Of a DNA stretch of 64,000 bases, positions 9,092 through 18,643 are shown in pieces (positions within the stretch are counted from its first letter, which is position 1; every line of letters starts with the position of its first letter). The notes under the pieces were generated by a model. That model saw only the letters and a list, made by a program, of their open reading frames with translations. It was not told the DNA's origin and made no database searches. This DNA comes from a bacterium. Its GTDB lineage: Bacteria > Patescibacteriota > Microgenomatia > UBA8517. The stretch is taken from the NCBI GenBank assembly GCA_030583725.1, contig CP129472.1:755096-819095 (forward strand). Reading direction: 5' to 3'. Position numbers and translations under genes: made by a program.

Positions 9092-11413
9092 TCAGGCGTT
9101 TGGATCTTCAGTTAGAATAATTGTAGTGCTAAAACCTTCATTAGTAATTGTACCAGTGCTTGAGGTTGGTATGTATTTTGGACCGCCCGATGAAGCTTTA
9201 CGGACCCTTATGTATATGGATGTGTTAGAAACATAATTAAAGTCTTCAGTTGCAATACCTGAGGCATTGGTATCTTCATTCATAAGTTGTGTGTCGTCAA
9301 TTGATTTAAAGACTGCTGTTTGAGCATTTTCAATTGGGTTGTTGTTTTTGTCCACTACGGTGATAGTTATATCAACAGTGTTATTGATATTGACTGTGGC
9401 ACCAGCAGTTCTTATGCTTGGCGTGCTACCACCACCCGAAATATTAAGTGTAACTATTCCACTGGCGATGTTGACATAAATAGCCTCATTGCCGGTTGAA
9501 CCATTTGAGGAAGCAAAGCCGGTGAAACTATTACCAACAAAAGAAATAGTTGAAGCTGCACCGCTTACTTCGATAGCATGACCTGTCCCTGATGAAATAA
9601 AAGTACAGTTAGAAATATTATCCAGGTCACCTAAGGTGGCAGAGGTAATTTTGGAGTTGGAAAAGGTGCAGTCGTCAATGACGGCGGAGTTTTGCGTGAT
9701 GGTGGGGCAAGTGGTAAAAGTCATACCGTTAAAAGTGGTGACTGCTCTAAGTTGGACATCTCCTGCACCAATAATGGTGAGTCCTGAAAAGTCGTAGATG
9801 GCGCTAGCTGATGAGGAGGAGTGAATACGCCAGTGATATTTACTTTGGCTGGAAATCACTGATGAGCGGTGAATAACGGTGTCGGTAGCGCCTGCGTAAT
9901 AGGTAAAACCCACTGTGTTGTCAATACCATTGTAGTTGACTATTTTTTTAGAGTAGTTTTTTTGACTGGGAAATTCGATGGCGGTTGAGTCAAGGCTAAG
10001 ATAGAGAGGATTAGTTCCGCCGTCACCAAACTGAATGGCCTGCAAACAAAGCATTTGTGATGAACCTTGTAAAATAGAGGAGTAGCGATTTTTGTTATTG
10101 GCGGCAGATTTGACAATAGCAGGAATATCAATTGGTTCTGTGGAGTTGCCTCCTACTAGGGCAAATGTATCCATTGCCCAAGTAGGTCCAAAGGCTACTT
10201 GTTGAGTTAAGACACCAAGTCCTCCTGTCCATATGCCGTAACGTCTAATATCGGAATTGGTGATTGTGCTATTACTGTCAACCGTATCTGTGTTAGATGC
10301 ATTAATTACAATTGGTACAACAGATCCAGGTGGAGTTGCAACGTCAGAGCCGTGTACTTGCCAGATTTTATAGTTTTGTCCTGCAGTGGTACCTGATTTC
10401 ATACCAAACCATACTCCTCGTCCAGATCCTAGGGTAGACAAGCGCTGATTTTGTACAGGGGTTGCGTGCCTAAAGTGAGTTAGGATGTTTCTTTCCCCCA
10501 CATTATAGCGTGAAGCTGCAACGACTCCCTCTGCACCACTAACTTGATTGGCGGTTGCTGCATTGGTTACTCCAGAGAAAGACATAAACGAACCCTTGTC
10601 GTTGCCGATATCGACTACGGCAGTTGCGACTGTTGCATCGTTGGCGGTTTTACCTGCTAAGGTTGTACCCCAGTTGGTATCGGCGGTTGCAGCAATAGCA
10701 CTGTTACCGTCATATGCAATACCGAATGAGGGGGTGATATAAATTGAGTCATCGCTAGATGGATATGGGGGAATTACGGTCGCACCTCCAGATGGCTGAC
10801 GAATTTCAATAACCGCCTTGGTTCCACTACCCGAGACCATGGCGCTGGCTGTGTAGGCAGTGGTTACACCAGTGCTACGTTTAAAAAACCAACCTAATCC
10901 TAGACCTTCGGCTGAGCCATCAACTTTATTTTCTTCTTGTAAAACAGAGTTGACAAAGTGAATGGATGGGGCTGCGGCAGTACTGGTGACGAGAGTTAAA
11001 ACCAAAGAGTTGGAGTCGGAAGTGGTGAGAGTTGGTAGAGCAATGGCTGTACCTGTTGAAGTTGTATTGGTTTGAAGCATTGGACTACCACCTGTATAGG
11101 ATTGGTAGGCGTCTCTAATTGCGACCACGATACCAGAGTATGTTTCGTTGACGGTTGAAGTAAAAGCTACATCACCTTCACCGGATGCGGCGGCATATTT
11201 CCAGTAAACTGTGGTAGAACACGAGTTGTTACGGTTGAATAAGTTGTTCCATGACCCCACACCATTGGAACAACCCCAAGTAGGGGTACCAGTATCGCCC
11301 ACACAGATAGCGATGAGCAAGTCATTTTCCTCGTAAGCGCAGATGGGAATAGTTAAACCTGCATCTGTTGTGACACTTTCGTAGGCAAATGATGAGTCGC
11401 GTATTGCAGGCAT
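9092..11413 (-). CDS. Large (773 aa) Thr/Ser/Gly-rich beta-helix-like protein, paralog of the 4502-6826 gene
   Basis: See the 4502-6826 feature; the conserved C-terminal module and beta-helix repeats are shared, N-terminal halves have diverged. Confidence 0.55.
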   Translation of the reverse strand: MPAIRDSSFAYESVTTDAGLTIPICAYEENDLLIAICVGDTGTPTWGCSNGVGSWNNLFNRNNSCSTTVYWKYAAASGEGDVAFTSTVNETYSGIVVAIRDAYQSYTGGSPMLQTNTTSTGTAIALPTLTTSDSNSLVLTLVTSTAAAPSIHFVNSVLQEENKVDGSAEGLGLGWFFKRSTGVTTAYTASAMVSGSGTKAVIEIRQPSGGATVIPPYPSSDDSIYITPSFGIAYDGNSAIAATADTNWGTTLAGKTANDATVATAVVDIGNDKGSFMSFSGVTNAATANQVSGAEGVVAASRYNVGERNILTHFRHATPVQNQRLSTLGSGRGVWFGMKSGTTAGQNYKIWQVHGSDVATPPGSVVPIVINASNTDTVDSNSTITNSDIRRYGIWTGGLGVLTQQVAFGPTWAMDTFALVGGNSTEPIDIPAIVKSAANNKNRYSSILQGSSQMLCLQAIQFGDGGTNPLYLSLDSTAIEFPSQKNYSKKIVNYNGIDNTVGFTYYAGATDTVIHRSSVISSQSKYHWRIHSSSSASAIYDFSGLTIIGAGDVQLRAVTTFNGMTFTTCPTITQNSAVIDDCTFSNSKITSATLGDLDNISNCTFISSGTGHAIEVSGAASTISFVGNSFTGFASSNGSTGNEAIYVNIASGIVTLNISGGGSTPSIRTAGATVNINNTVDITITVVDKNNNPIENAQTAVFKSIDDTQLMNEDTNASGIATEDFNYVSNTSIYIRVRKASSGGPKYIPTSSTGTITNEGFSTTIILTEDPNA

Positions 11414-11422
11414 AATTATAAT

Positions 11423-12037
11423 TTAGAATATCATATTGAAATAGTCATATATCAGGTTTGTTCTATTTGGCCAGCCAGTGGTTGCATTGGTAAAGTCTGA
11501 AGCTCCCTTGATATATCTATATGCTCCAGTCGATAATTCTTTTTGTATAAACCATGCACCGTCTTTATTAACAAATCCATAATAAGTATCTGTTCCTGTG
11601 TCATCAACCTCTGTGATGTTATATCCATCTGTTGGCTTTTTCTCAGATGGGTCAATTTTTACACCCGCTGAATCTTTAATAGATATGGTTCCTGGTCCCG
11701 GCATACTTCCAAAGAATGAGGCTTCTGCTTTTCTGGTAAAAACAGTTAAAAGAAAAAGGGAACCACCTGCAGCACCTATTAATTTTAAAAACTTTCTGCG
11801 TTCAGGGTCATAATCTGGGTTTTTAATCTTTTTTATTTGGTCGGGAATAATATCCAAAACTGGTTCAATTGATATAACCTTTTGCTTGACAGGTAGTATT
11901 GCCACCAAAAAATAAAACGCAAGTGGGGAAAACACTAAAGCAATAAAAAGTTCTATAAAATTTTGTGAAGACAGCATTCCTGTTACCAGCATAAAACTGG
12001 TGATTATAAAAGAGTAAAATACTATTAGTTTTCTCAT
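11423..12037 (-). CDS. Membrane protein with two N-terminal TM helices followed by an internal twin-arginine-like motif (ERRKFLKLIGAAGGSLFLL...AEA) and a soluble C-terminal domain
   Basis: 204-aa ORF immediately upstream (same strand) of the 773-aa protein gene; RRxFLK plus h-region plus AxA resembles a Tat signal but is at residues ~80-105. Confidence 0.4.
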   Translation of the reverse strand: MRKLIVFYSFIITSFMLVTGMLSSQNFIELFIALVFSPLAFYFLVAILPVKQKVISIEPVLDIIPDQIKKIKNPDYDPERRKFLKLIGAAGGSLFLLTVFTRKAEASFFGSMPGPGTISIKDSAGVKIDPSEKKPTDGYNITEVDDTGTDTYYGFVNKDGAWFIQKELSTGAYRYIKGASDFTNATTGWPNRTNLIYDYFNMIF

Positions 12038-12040
12038 ATG

Positions 12041-12274
12041 TTATATAAATCTATAGACCGAAATTAGGGACAATACAATTAGAAAAGAAATAAAAAAGAA
12101 AACACTTCTTTTATGCTTTGCTAAATGAAAGTCATTATTGTTTGTCAAAAAAGTTGTTAGAAAATAAACGGGAATGGGTAAAAATATTATTGATAGTGTG
12201 GAATTAGTAATTACAGAACCAACTAGTATAAAAATAGAAAGTATGCAAAGTAAAAATAAAAATAGCTTGTTCAT
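12041..12274 (-). CDS. Small two-TM membrane protein
   Basis: 77-aa hydrophobic ORF in the same minus-strand gene string. Confidence 0.3.
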   Translation of the reverse strand: MNKLFLFLLCILSIFILVGSVITNSTLSIIFLPIPVYFLTTFLTNNNDFHLAKHKRSVFFFISFLIVLSLISVYRFI

Positions 12275-12275
12275 A

Positions 12276-12587
12276 TTATTCTTGCTTTAAATTTTTTACA
12301 AGATTTGAAAACTCTTCAAAAGTAGTGGTTAGACCTAAAACTTCTCTTAAGGCTCTGATTTCTGCCTTAATCATGGTTAGGTCGGCGGTAATGTCGTTTT
12401 CATTTACTACAACGTTTGCGTTTTCAGTAGAAATAGGTTTGTCTGTTGCAATAACTTGCGGTGTTGTTTGTTGCAATGAAGTTACCTTCGCTGTGTCCTT
12501 TAATACCTTAATAGTATAAATGTTTAGCCCAATTGCAAATAGAACTAATATTAGAATTGCAAGCAAAACCCTTGTGTATTTATCCAT
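12276..12587 (-). CDS. Small N-terminally membrane-anchored coiled-coil protein
   Basis: 103-aa ORF, single N-terminal hydrophobic helix then charged helical region. Confidence 0.3.
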   Translation of the reverse strand: MDKYTRVLLAILILVLFAIGLNIYTIKVLKDTAKVTSLQQTTPQVIATDKPISTENANVVVNENDITADLTMIKAEIRALREVLGLTTTFEEFSNLVKNLKQE

Positions 12588-12620
12588 TTTTTTTGTTATT
12601 ATAAATATACCACTAATCCC

Positions 12621-13646
12621 ATGCTTAAGTACACAAAGAATCCATTTTTAATAAGTTTCGCCTTTTTACTATTTTCGATTCTTTTTCTTTCAATATTTTT
12701 TAATAAAATTTCAAGAGATAAGTTGGTTGAACAAATCCAACACAGGCAACAAATGTCAGTTAGGGCCGGTGCGAATTCAGTAGAAAGTTTTTTGACCTCT
12801 GTTGGTAGTATGACTACGCTTTTAGCAATTGATCCAAGAATTGAAGCTTTTGACGAGTTTATAAAAGCTTGGCAAGATGAAAGTATTTCTGGAGTTGTGG
12901 CAGCTGATAAAAATGGTCTTGTTTACTTACATTCTGAAAGGGGTAATGTAGAAAGCGAAGGTCAATCAGTAATAGAAAGGGACTATTTTGAATGGGCAAG
13001 AACAGCAAAAAAAGGTGAATATAAAGTTTTCCCTGCAATTGTCTCGAAGTTGGGCTCATCTAAGGGTAAATATATTTTACCAATTGCATCACCGGTTGTA
13101 AAAAGTGACAACTTTGATGGGGTGGTTGTTGTGGCAGTTGTTTTGTCAGACTTGGTAGAACACTATATTAATGGTTTGGAAATATTAGAGTCAAGCGATT
13201 ATTATCTAGTAACCAATAGGGGAGAAATTATATATTCAACAATACCTAGTTTAATTGGCTATAAATTGGAGGATTTGTTAGCTAATAAATTTTTAGGTTC
13301 ACAAATAATATATGACCTGATCAGAGAAGAAATGGCCAGTGAGGGTGACACTGTGCTAAATTTGGCAATTCCGAACTCGGATAGAAGTCATAAACTAGAA
13401 CCATATTTAGTTAATGCTTCTACAATAAAACTAGCAGACAGAAACTGGAAACTAGTTACAACAACACCTGAAAATGATTTAAAGGCTTTTACCTTTAACT
13501 TTTATAGTAATCAGATTTTGGTAATATTTATTACTGTGGCTATTTTTATAATGTTAACCTTAAGAGCTTCAAAACAAACGGGCTACGACCAAGCAGTAGA
13601 AGATGAACATCAAAGGCATAACTTAGGTAAACACTCCAAATCTTGA
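12621..13646 (+). CDS. Double-TM protein with a ~270-aa extracytoplasmic Cache-like sensor domain and no output domain
   Basis: TM helix at N-terminus and at C-terminus (ILVIFITVAIFIMLTL); architecture parallels the sensor part of the neighbouring histidine kinase. Confidence 0.4.
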   Translation: MLKYTKNPFLISFAFLLFSILFLSIFFNKISRDKLVEQIQHRQQMSVRAGANSVESFLTSVGSMTTLLAIDPRIEAFDEFIKAWQDESISGVVAADKNGLVYLHSERGNVESEGQSVIERDYFEWARTAKKGEYKVFPAIVSKLGSSKGKYILPIASPVVKSDNFDGVVVVAVVLSDLVEHYINGLEILESSDYYLVTNRGEIIYSTIPSLIGYKLEDLLANKFLGSQIIYDLIREEMASEGDTVLNLAIPNSDRSHKLEPYLVNASTIKLADRNWKLVTTTPENDLKAFTFNFYSNQILVIFITVAIFIMLTLRASKQTGYDQAVEDEHQRHNLGKHSKS

Positions 13647-13744
13647 AAAGTTCCACTGTTATTTTAAAAATCTTTTAATATTTTGCCAGTTGACAGTTAT
13701 GTACCAGTTAATTATATTGTGAATAGTTAAAGTAGGCAAAAGAT

Positions 13745-13963
13745 ATGGATGACAAACCAACAAAAATAAAAGTAAAACTAGAAAGTCTCCCTGATTTATT
13801 GACTGTTCGTGAAGTTAGTGACTTGCTTCGTGTTTCACCGCTTACAATTAAAAGATGGGGTAAAAGAGGTAAACTTCCTGCAATTAGAATTAATTCAAGA
13901 GGGGATAGACGTTATAAAAAAGAAGCAATACTTTGGCTTCTGGGTATGCAGGCCAAAGACTAA
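13745..13963 (+). CDS. Small helix-turn-helix DNA-binding protein (excisionase/MerR-like HTH_17 type)
   Basis: 72 aa; LTVREVSDLLRVSPLTIKRWGKRGKLPAIRI is a classic excisionase-family HTH. Confidence 0.65.
   Translation: MDDKPTKIKVKLESLPDLLTVREVSDLLRVSPLTIKRWGKRGKLPAIRINSRGDRRYKKEAILWLLGMQAKD
13915..13952. repeat. Left copy of a ~38-bp imperfect direct repeat (3' end of the HTH gene), repeated at 15288-15326
   Basis: aaaaagaagcaatactttggcttctgggtatgcagg versus aaaaagaagcaatattgtggctcctgggtatgcaaa; about 33/37 identical. Confidence 0.8.
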
Positions 13964-14017
13964 CCCTCTTTACTTCTTGATATGTTTCCACTTTTGGTAT
14001 ATAATTATACTGATTAT

Positions 14018-14564
14018 GGAAACGATAAAATTGTTAAATAACAAAAATGTTCCATTGTTTACTCTAAATGAACTTGGGGGTATTTTTGCTATTTCAAATA
14101 GGGGGACTCTTTATAAAAAAATTGAGCGCCTGATAAGTAAGGGTATATTAAAATCGCTTACAAAAGGTAAGTATGAATATTTACTTCAAAATACCAACGA
14201 TTTTACAAGAGCAAATTTTTTATATCAAAGTTCATATATTTCACTTGAGTCCGCACTTTCTTTTTATTCGATAATTACACAATTTCCATATGAAATAACA
14301 TCTATTGCAGTCAAAAAAACTAAAAATATTACATCCAATGACAAGATGTTTTCGTATGCTCAAATTAGTCCTAATTTCTTTTTTGGATATGAAAAAAAAG
14401 AAGATTTTTTGATTGCAACTCCAGAAAAAGCATTACTCGACTATCTATATTTTGGAAGTAAAGGCTTAAGAAAAATAGATTTAGATGAAATGGATCTATC
14501 TAAAATTAACAAAAAGATTTTTAATAAATGGGGAAGTATAATGGGTGTTAAATATAGATTATGA
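14018..14564 (+). CDS. AbiEi-like antitoxin (type IV TA, wHTH transcriptional regulator family)
   Basis: Start taken at internal ATG (METIKLL...); SYISLESALSFYSIITQFP motif typical of AbiEi; 4-nt overlap with downstream AbiEii gene. Confidence 0.6.
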
Positions 14565-15277
14565 TTACTAACATACAACTAAAAGATTTGTCAAAGTTTT
14601 ATAAAATTGATGAATTTACAATTTTTAGAGAATATTTACAAATTCTAATTTTAAGTTATATCTATCAAGAAAGAAAAAGTGAAAAAATTGTTTTTAAAGG
14701 TGGAACTGCATTGCGATTAATGTATGGATCGTCACGATTTTCTGAAGATTTGGACTTTTCGACCACTTTGACATTTAAAGAAATTAAAGACTTTGTTCTA
14801 AATTTAGGAAATAAGACAAAAAAAGAATTGCCCGAGCTAAAGTTTACAGAAATTTACCAAGGCAAGGAAGGCCTTAGATACAACATTAAATACGAATCAA
14901 AGATTTTCAAGTTTCCTTTAAATTTAAGACTAGATTTTCATATTGTTAAAAGTATTAAAAATATTGATAAGAGTGTTTTGACAACTAGATTCCCAGTCCT
15001 TATTTTCCCAACAATTTATCATTTGAATAAAAAAGAGATACTGTCAGAAAAACTTAGATGCCTTAAAACACGTTTTAAGGGTAGAGACATTTTTGATATC
15101 TGGTATTTATTTTCAACAGGAGAAGTTATAAGTAATAAAAAATATAGTGAAACTTATAAAAAGAATATTCAAGAATTTGATGACAACGACTTAGCTCGTG
15201 ATCTTGGTAAATTTTTACCACTATCTCAAAGAGCAATACTGCCAGAACTTAAAAAAACATTATTAAAGTATTTTTAA
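14561..15277 (+). CDS. AbiEii/AbiGii-family nucleotidyltransferase toxin (DUF1814)
   Basis: Hallmark motif FKGGTALRLMYGSSRFSEDLDFS; size 238 aa. Confidence 0.8.
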   Translation: MITNIQLKDLSKFYKIDEFTIFREYLQILILSYIYQERKSEKIVFKGGTALRLMYGSSRFSEDLDFSTTLTFKEIKDFVLNLGNKTKKELPELKFTEIYQGKEGLRYNIKYESKIFKFPLNLRLDFHIVKSIKNIDKSVLTTRFPVLIFPTIYHLNKKEILSEKLRCLKTRFKGRDIFDIWYLFSTGEVISNKKYSETYKKNIQEFDDNDLARDLGKFLPLSQRAILPELKKTLLKYF

Positions 15278-15287
15278 ATAGAATATG

Positions 15288-15326
15288 CAAAAAAGAAGCA
15301 ATATTGTGGCTCCTGGGTATGCAAAG
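15288..15326. repeat. Right copy of the direct repeat that brackets the AbiEi/AbiEii cassette
   Basis: Near-duplicate of the last ~12 codons plus stop region of the 13745-13963 gene. Confidence 0.8.
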
Positions 15327-15356
15327 TAAGGATTAAACAGATTGGGTTGTTATTTT

Positions 15357-17087
15357 TCAATCCTTTTGTATATTCCACAATTTTGAATAAACTCCATTTT
15401 GATTATTGAGAAGTTTGTTGTGTTTGCCAACTTCTACAATTTGACCTTTATCCATCACAATTATTCTATCTGCCTTTTTGATAGTTGAAAGTCTGTGGGC
15501 TATTATAATTGTTGTTTTGTTTTTGGCATAATTCCAAAAAGCATCTTGGATTAGTCTTTCACTTTCTGAGTCCAGATGGCTAGTTGCTTCATCAAAAATT
15601 ATTATGTCAGGATTACTCATAATCATTCTGGCAATTGCTAACCTTTGTTTTTGCCCTCCTGAAAGTTTGATACCTCTTTCTCCAACATTAGTTTTATATT
15701 TTTCTGGCATACTTTCTATAAAATCAGATAAGTGGGCCATTTTTGCTGCCCCTTTAAGTTTAGCTCCATATTTTTTGTGTGAGTTATCTCCATAACTGAT
15801 GTTGTATCCAATAGTGTTATTAAAAAGGACAGGTTCTTGGGGTACAACACCAAAAAAGCTACGCAAATCTGACTTGTTAAACTTTTTAATATCAATACCA
15901 TCAATTAAGATCTTTCCTCGTTCTGGGTCAAAGAATCGCATCAATAGCTTTGTAATTGTTGTTTTACCACTTCCACTTCTACCAACAAAGGCTACAGACT
16001 CACCTTGATTGATTTTTAAGTTAAATTTTTTAATTGCATTTTTAGTACCTCCAACATATGAGTGAGATACATTTTTAAACTCAATATTACCTGTTACAGA
16101 TTTAATATTAACAGGGTTTTTTGGTTCTTTAACTTCTGTTTCATAATCTAAGATACTAAAATATTTTTCAATATCAGCATAGTTCTTGGCTAAATCTCTA
16201 AAGCCCCAGATTAGATCCCAAAGTTTTGGGTAGAAGTTGCCTAAAAAGCCTGTAATTAAGACAAAGTCTCCAACAGTAAGTTTTAATGAAACAGTTTGTT
16301 TAATTGTTGCATAAAGGACAAAGAAAATACTGATGTTGATTATTGCACCCATTGTTCCGTCAATAACTCTAAATGAGTTACCAAAACCCCAGAGAGTTTT
16401 TAGCCAAGGAACGAAATTTCCTCTTAATCTGTTTTCTTCCCATGATTCTTTAGCAAACAATTTTACTGTTTCAAAATTAATCAAGTTGTCTGTAATAATT
16501 CCTGAGACGTCATCCTCCTCTTTGTTAAATGCCTTTCTTTTATTCATGTTATTTGTTATCAAAAACTTTGTAACAAGTAATGTAACAACAAGTGAAGCCA
16601 GAATCATTAAAACAATATAACTATCAATCCCAGAAAAGAAATAAATCATAACTGCAAAACTTATTGCAACGCCCAACATCTTGTGATGTATGTCGTGGAA
16701 GAAAGAGTAAAATGAACCATCACCCCTTTTAAATGCTGAAATTAACGACCCTGTTGATTTATTGGCGTGAAATGCAAAGTCAAGATCTTGTACCTTTTTA
16801 AATATTGTAGTTCTAGCATCAATTGCAGAACTAAATAATATTATATCTCCTACCCAAAAACTTGCCATGTCAGTAACTACCGCGGAGACTCTAACTGCTA
16901 TATAAATAAACAAAATGTTGAATAACAAACTTTCATTTAAAGAGGGGATAGCATCTACAAATAGTTTATAAAAGTAAGGATTTAGGGAAAATAATATGTT
17001 TGAGACAATAACAAGCAAAATAAAGCCGATAAAAATCAGCCACCTTTTAAGCAAGAAGCCATAGAACGTTTTTAGTATTTTAAACAT
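15357..17087 (-). CDS. ABC transporter, fused permease (6 TM) plus ATP-binding domain, exporter type (MsbA/MdlB-like)
   Basis: Walker A GRSGSGKTT, signature LSGGQKQRLAIARM, Walker B IIIFDEATSHLD, H-loop; N-terminal TM domain. Confidence 0.9.
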   Translation of the reverse strand: MFKILKTFYGFLLKRWLIFIGFILLVIVSNILFSLNPYFYKLFVDAIPSLNESLLFNILFIYIAVRVSAVVTDMASFWVGDIILFSSAIDARTTIFKKVQDLDFAFHANKSTGSLISAFKRGDGSFYSFFHDIHHKMLGVAISFAVMIYFFSGIDSYIVLMILASLVVTLLVTKFLITNNMNKRKAFNKEEDDVSGIITDNLINFETVKLFAKESWEENRLRGNFVPWLKTLWGFGNSFRVIDGTMGAIINISIFFVLYATIKQTVSLKLTVGDFVLITGFLGNFYPKLWDLIWGFRDLAKNYADIEKYFSILDYETEVKEPKNPVNIKSVTGNIEFKNVSHSYVGGTKNAIKKFNLKINQGESVAFVGRSGSGKTTITKLLMRFFDPERGKILIDGIDIKKFNKSDLRSFFGVVPQEPVLFNNTIGYNISYGDNSHKKYGAKLKGAAKMAHLSDFIESMPEKYKTNVGERGIKLSGGQKQRLAIARMIMSNPDIIIFDEATSHLDSESERLIQDAFWNYAKNKTTIIIAHRLSTIKKADRIIVMDKGQIVEVGKHNKLLNNQNGVYSKLWNIQKD

Positions 17088-17182
17088 ATTAAGCGAGGCT
17101 AAATTATAACATATTGGAATTAATCATATAACTTGACAAAACTGCTACTTTATTCTAGAATTAGTCATTAACTTAACTAATT

Positions 17183-17806
17183 ATGGAATATATTGACAAG
17201 TTACCATATTTTAACAAGGTTACTTTGGGGGTAGCCTTATCTAAGTCTGGCCAAAATTTGGATTATTGGATCAAAACAAGGCTAAAGAGTGGGGAAATAA
17301 TTGCCTTTAAAAAGGGGTTGTTTGTATCTAAAATGTATTTAGCTAGAATTGAAGAAAGTACGGGGATATACGAAAAATATATTCAGTTTGTTGCAAACAT
17401 TCTAAGATACCCTTCGTATATATCGCTTGAATATATGCTTAGTTTATATGGAATAATTCCTGAAGGTATTTATGTTATTACCTCAATTACAACAAAATCA
17501 TCAAGACTTTTTACTAATAAACTTGGAAATTTTAGATATCAAAGTATAAAGAAAAACTTATTTACAGGATATAAATCATTAGATTACAGAGATAATCCTG
17601 TAAGAATTGCAACAAAAGCTAAAGCGTTATTTGATACAATTTATTTAAGAAGTTTTGGCAATTCAAGTTTAGAATATGAACTATCTGAGGGTTTAAGGTT
17701 AAACTTTGGAGTTTTCTCAAAAGAAGACATAGATGAATTTAAAAACTATGTCAATTTAAGTAAATCTGTTAAGATGAGAAAGGCGATTAAGATATTAAAA
17801 TGGTAA
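17183..17806 (+). CDS. AbiEi-like antitoxin (second copy)
   Basis: PSYISLEYMLSLYGIIPE motif; 7-nt overlap with the following AbiEii gene. Confidence 0.6.
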   Translation: MEYIDKLPYFNKVTLGVALSKSGQNLDYWIKTRLKSGEIIAFKKGLFVSKMYLARIEESTGIYEKYIQFVANILRYPSYISLEYMLSLYGIIPEGIYVITSITTKSSRLFTNKLGNFRYQSIKKNLFTGYKSLDYRDNPVRIATKAKALFDTIYLRSFGNSSLEYELSEGLRLNFGVFSKEDIDEFKNYVNLSKSVKMRKAIKILKW

Positions 17807-18597
17807 TTATAGAAGAATTAAAAAAGGTAGTAGAAAACAATAAAAGTAATCCCAATCCTGAATATAGAAGGAATATTTTAAAAGAAAGTTTACAAGTTTA
17901 TATATTAAATTTTATATATACATCAAAATATAAAGATCTAATATTTACAGGAGGAACCTGTCTTAGGAAATTTTATGATCTACCCAGAATATCCGAAGAT
18001 CTTGATTTTAATTATGAAAATGCAGATTTTAACTTCGATGATTTTCAAAATGATTTAAACAAATATCTTATAAAACAAGTTGGATTTAGTAACTTTAGCC
18101 TAAAATTTAATGGAAGAACTGTTTTGATTAAATTACCAATACTTAGAGAAGTTGGATTTGCTGGGTCAAATGATTCAGAGGTGCTATATTTAAAAATCGA
18201 TTTTGCGCAGAGTAAAGGTGGAAACACAAATAGTAAGGCATACACCAAAAACGGATTTTCATTTATTGCAAAGTGTTATGATTTGGATACTCTTTTTGTT
18301 AATAAAGTCGATGCTTTTTTAAATAGGGTTTATAAGAGGGGCAATATCCAAAAAGTGAACTTCAAAGGAAGAGATGCGTTTGACATATATTGGATGTTCA
18401 ATGATGGTAGAAAATTGGGGCTTGATCCTAAACTTCTTACTAAGAATTTGGTATCTAAAATATTAGATAAATCAAAGCAGATAAAGCCTGATGAATTATA
18501 TTCTGATTTAAGTAATTTTTTTAGTGATCAAGCTTTTGCCAGACAATTTTGCGATAACTATTATGATCTACTGAAAAGTAGCATTAATAACCTTTGA
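17800..18597 (+). CDS. AbiEii/AbiGii-family nucleotidyltransferase toxin (second copy)
   Basis: IFTGGTCLRKFYDLPRISEDLDFNYE motif. Confidence 0.8.
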   Translation: MVIIEELKKVVENNKSNPNPEYRRNILKESLQVYILNFIYTSKYKDLIFTGGTCLRKFYDLPRISEDLDFNYENADFNFDDFQNDLNKYLIKQVGFSNFSLKFNGRTVLIKLPILREVGFAGSNDSEVLYLKIDFAQSKGGNTNSKAYTKNGFSFIAKCYDLDTLFVNKVDAFLNRVYKRGNIQKVNFKGRDAFDIYWMFNDGRKLGLDPKLLTKNLVSKILDKSKQIKPDELYSDLSNFFSDQAFARQFCDNYYDLLKSSINNL

Positions 18598-18643
18598 TTT
18601 GATATGAGATTCAGCACTTTGTGCTATAATATACCATCTCACT

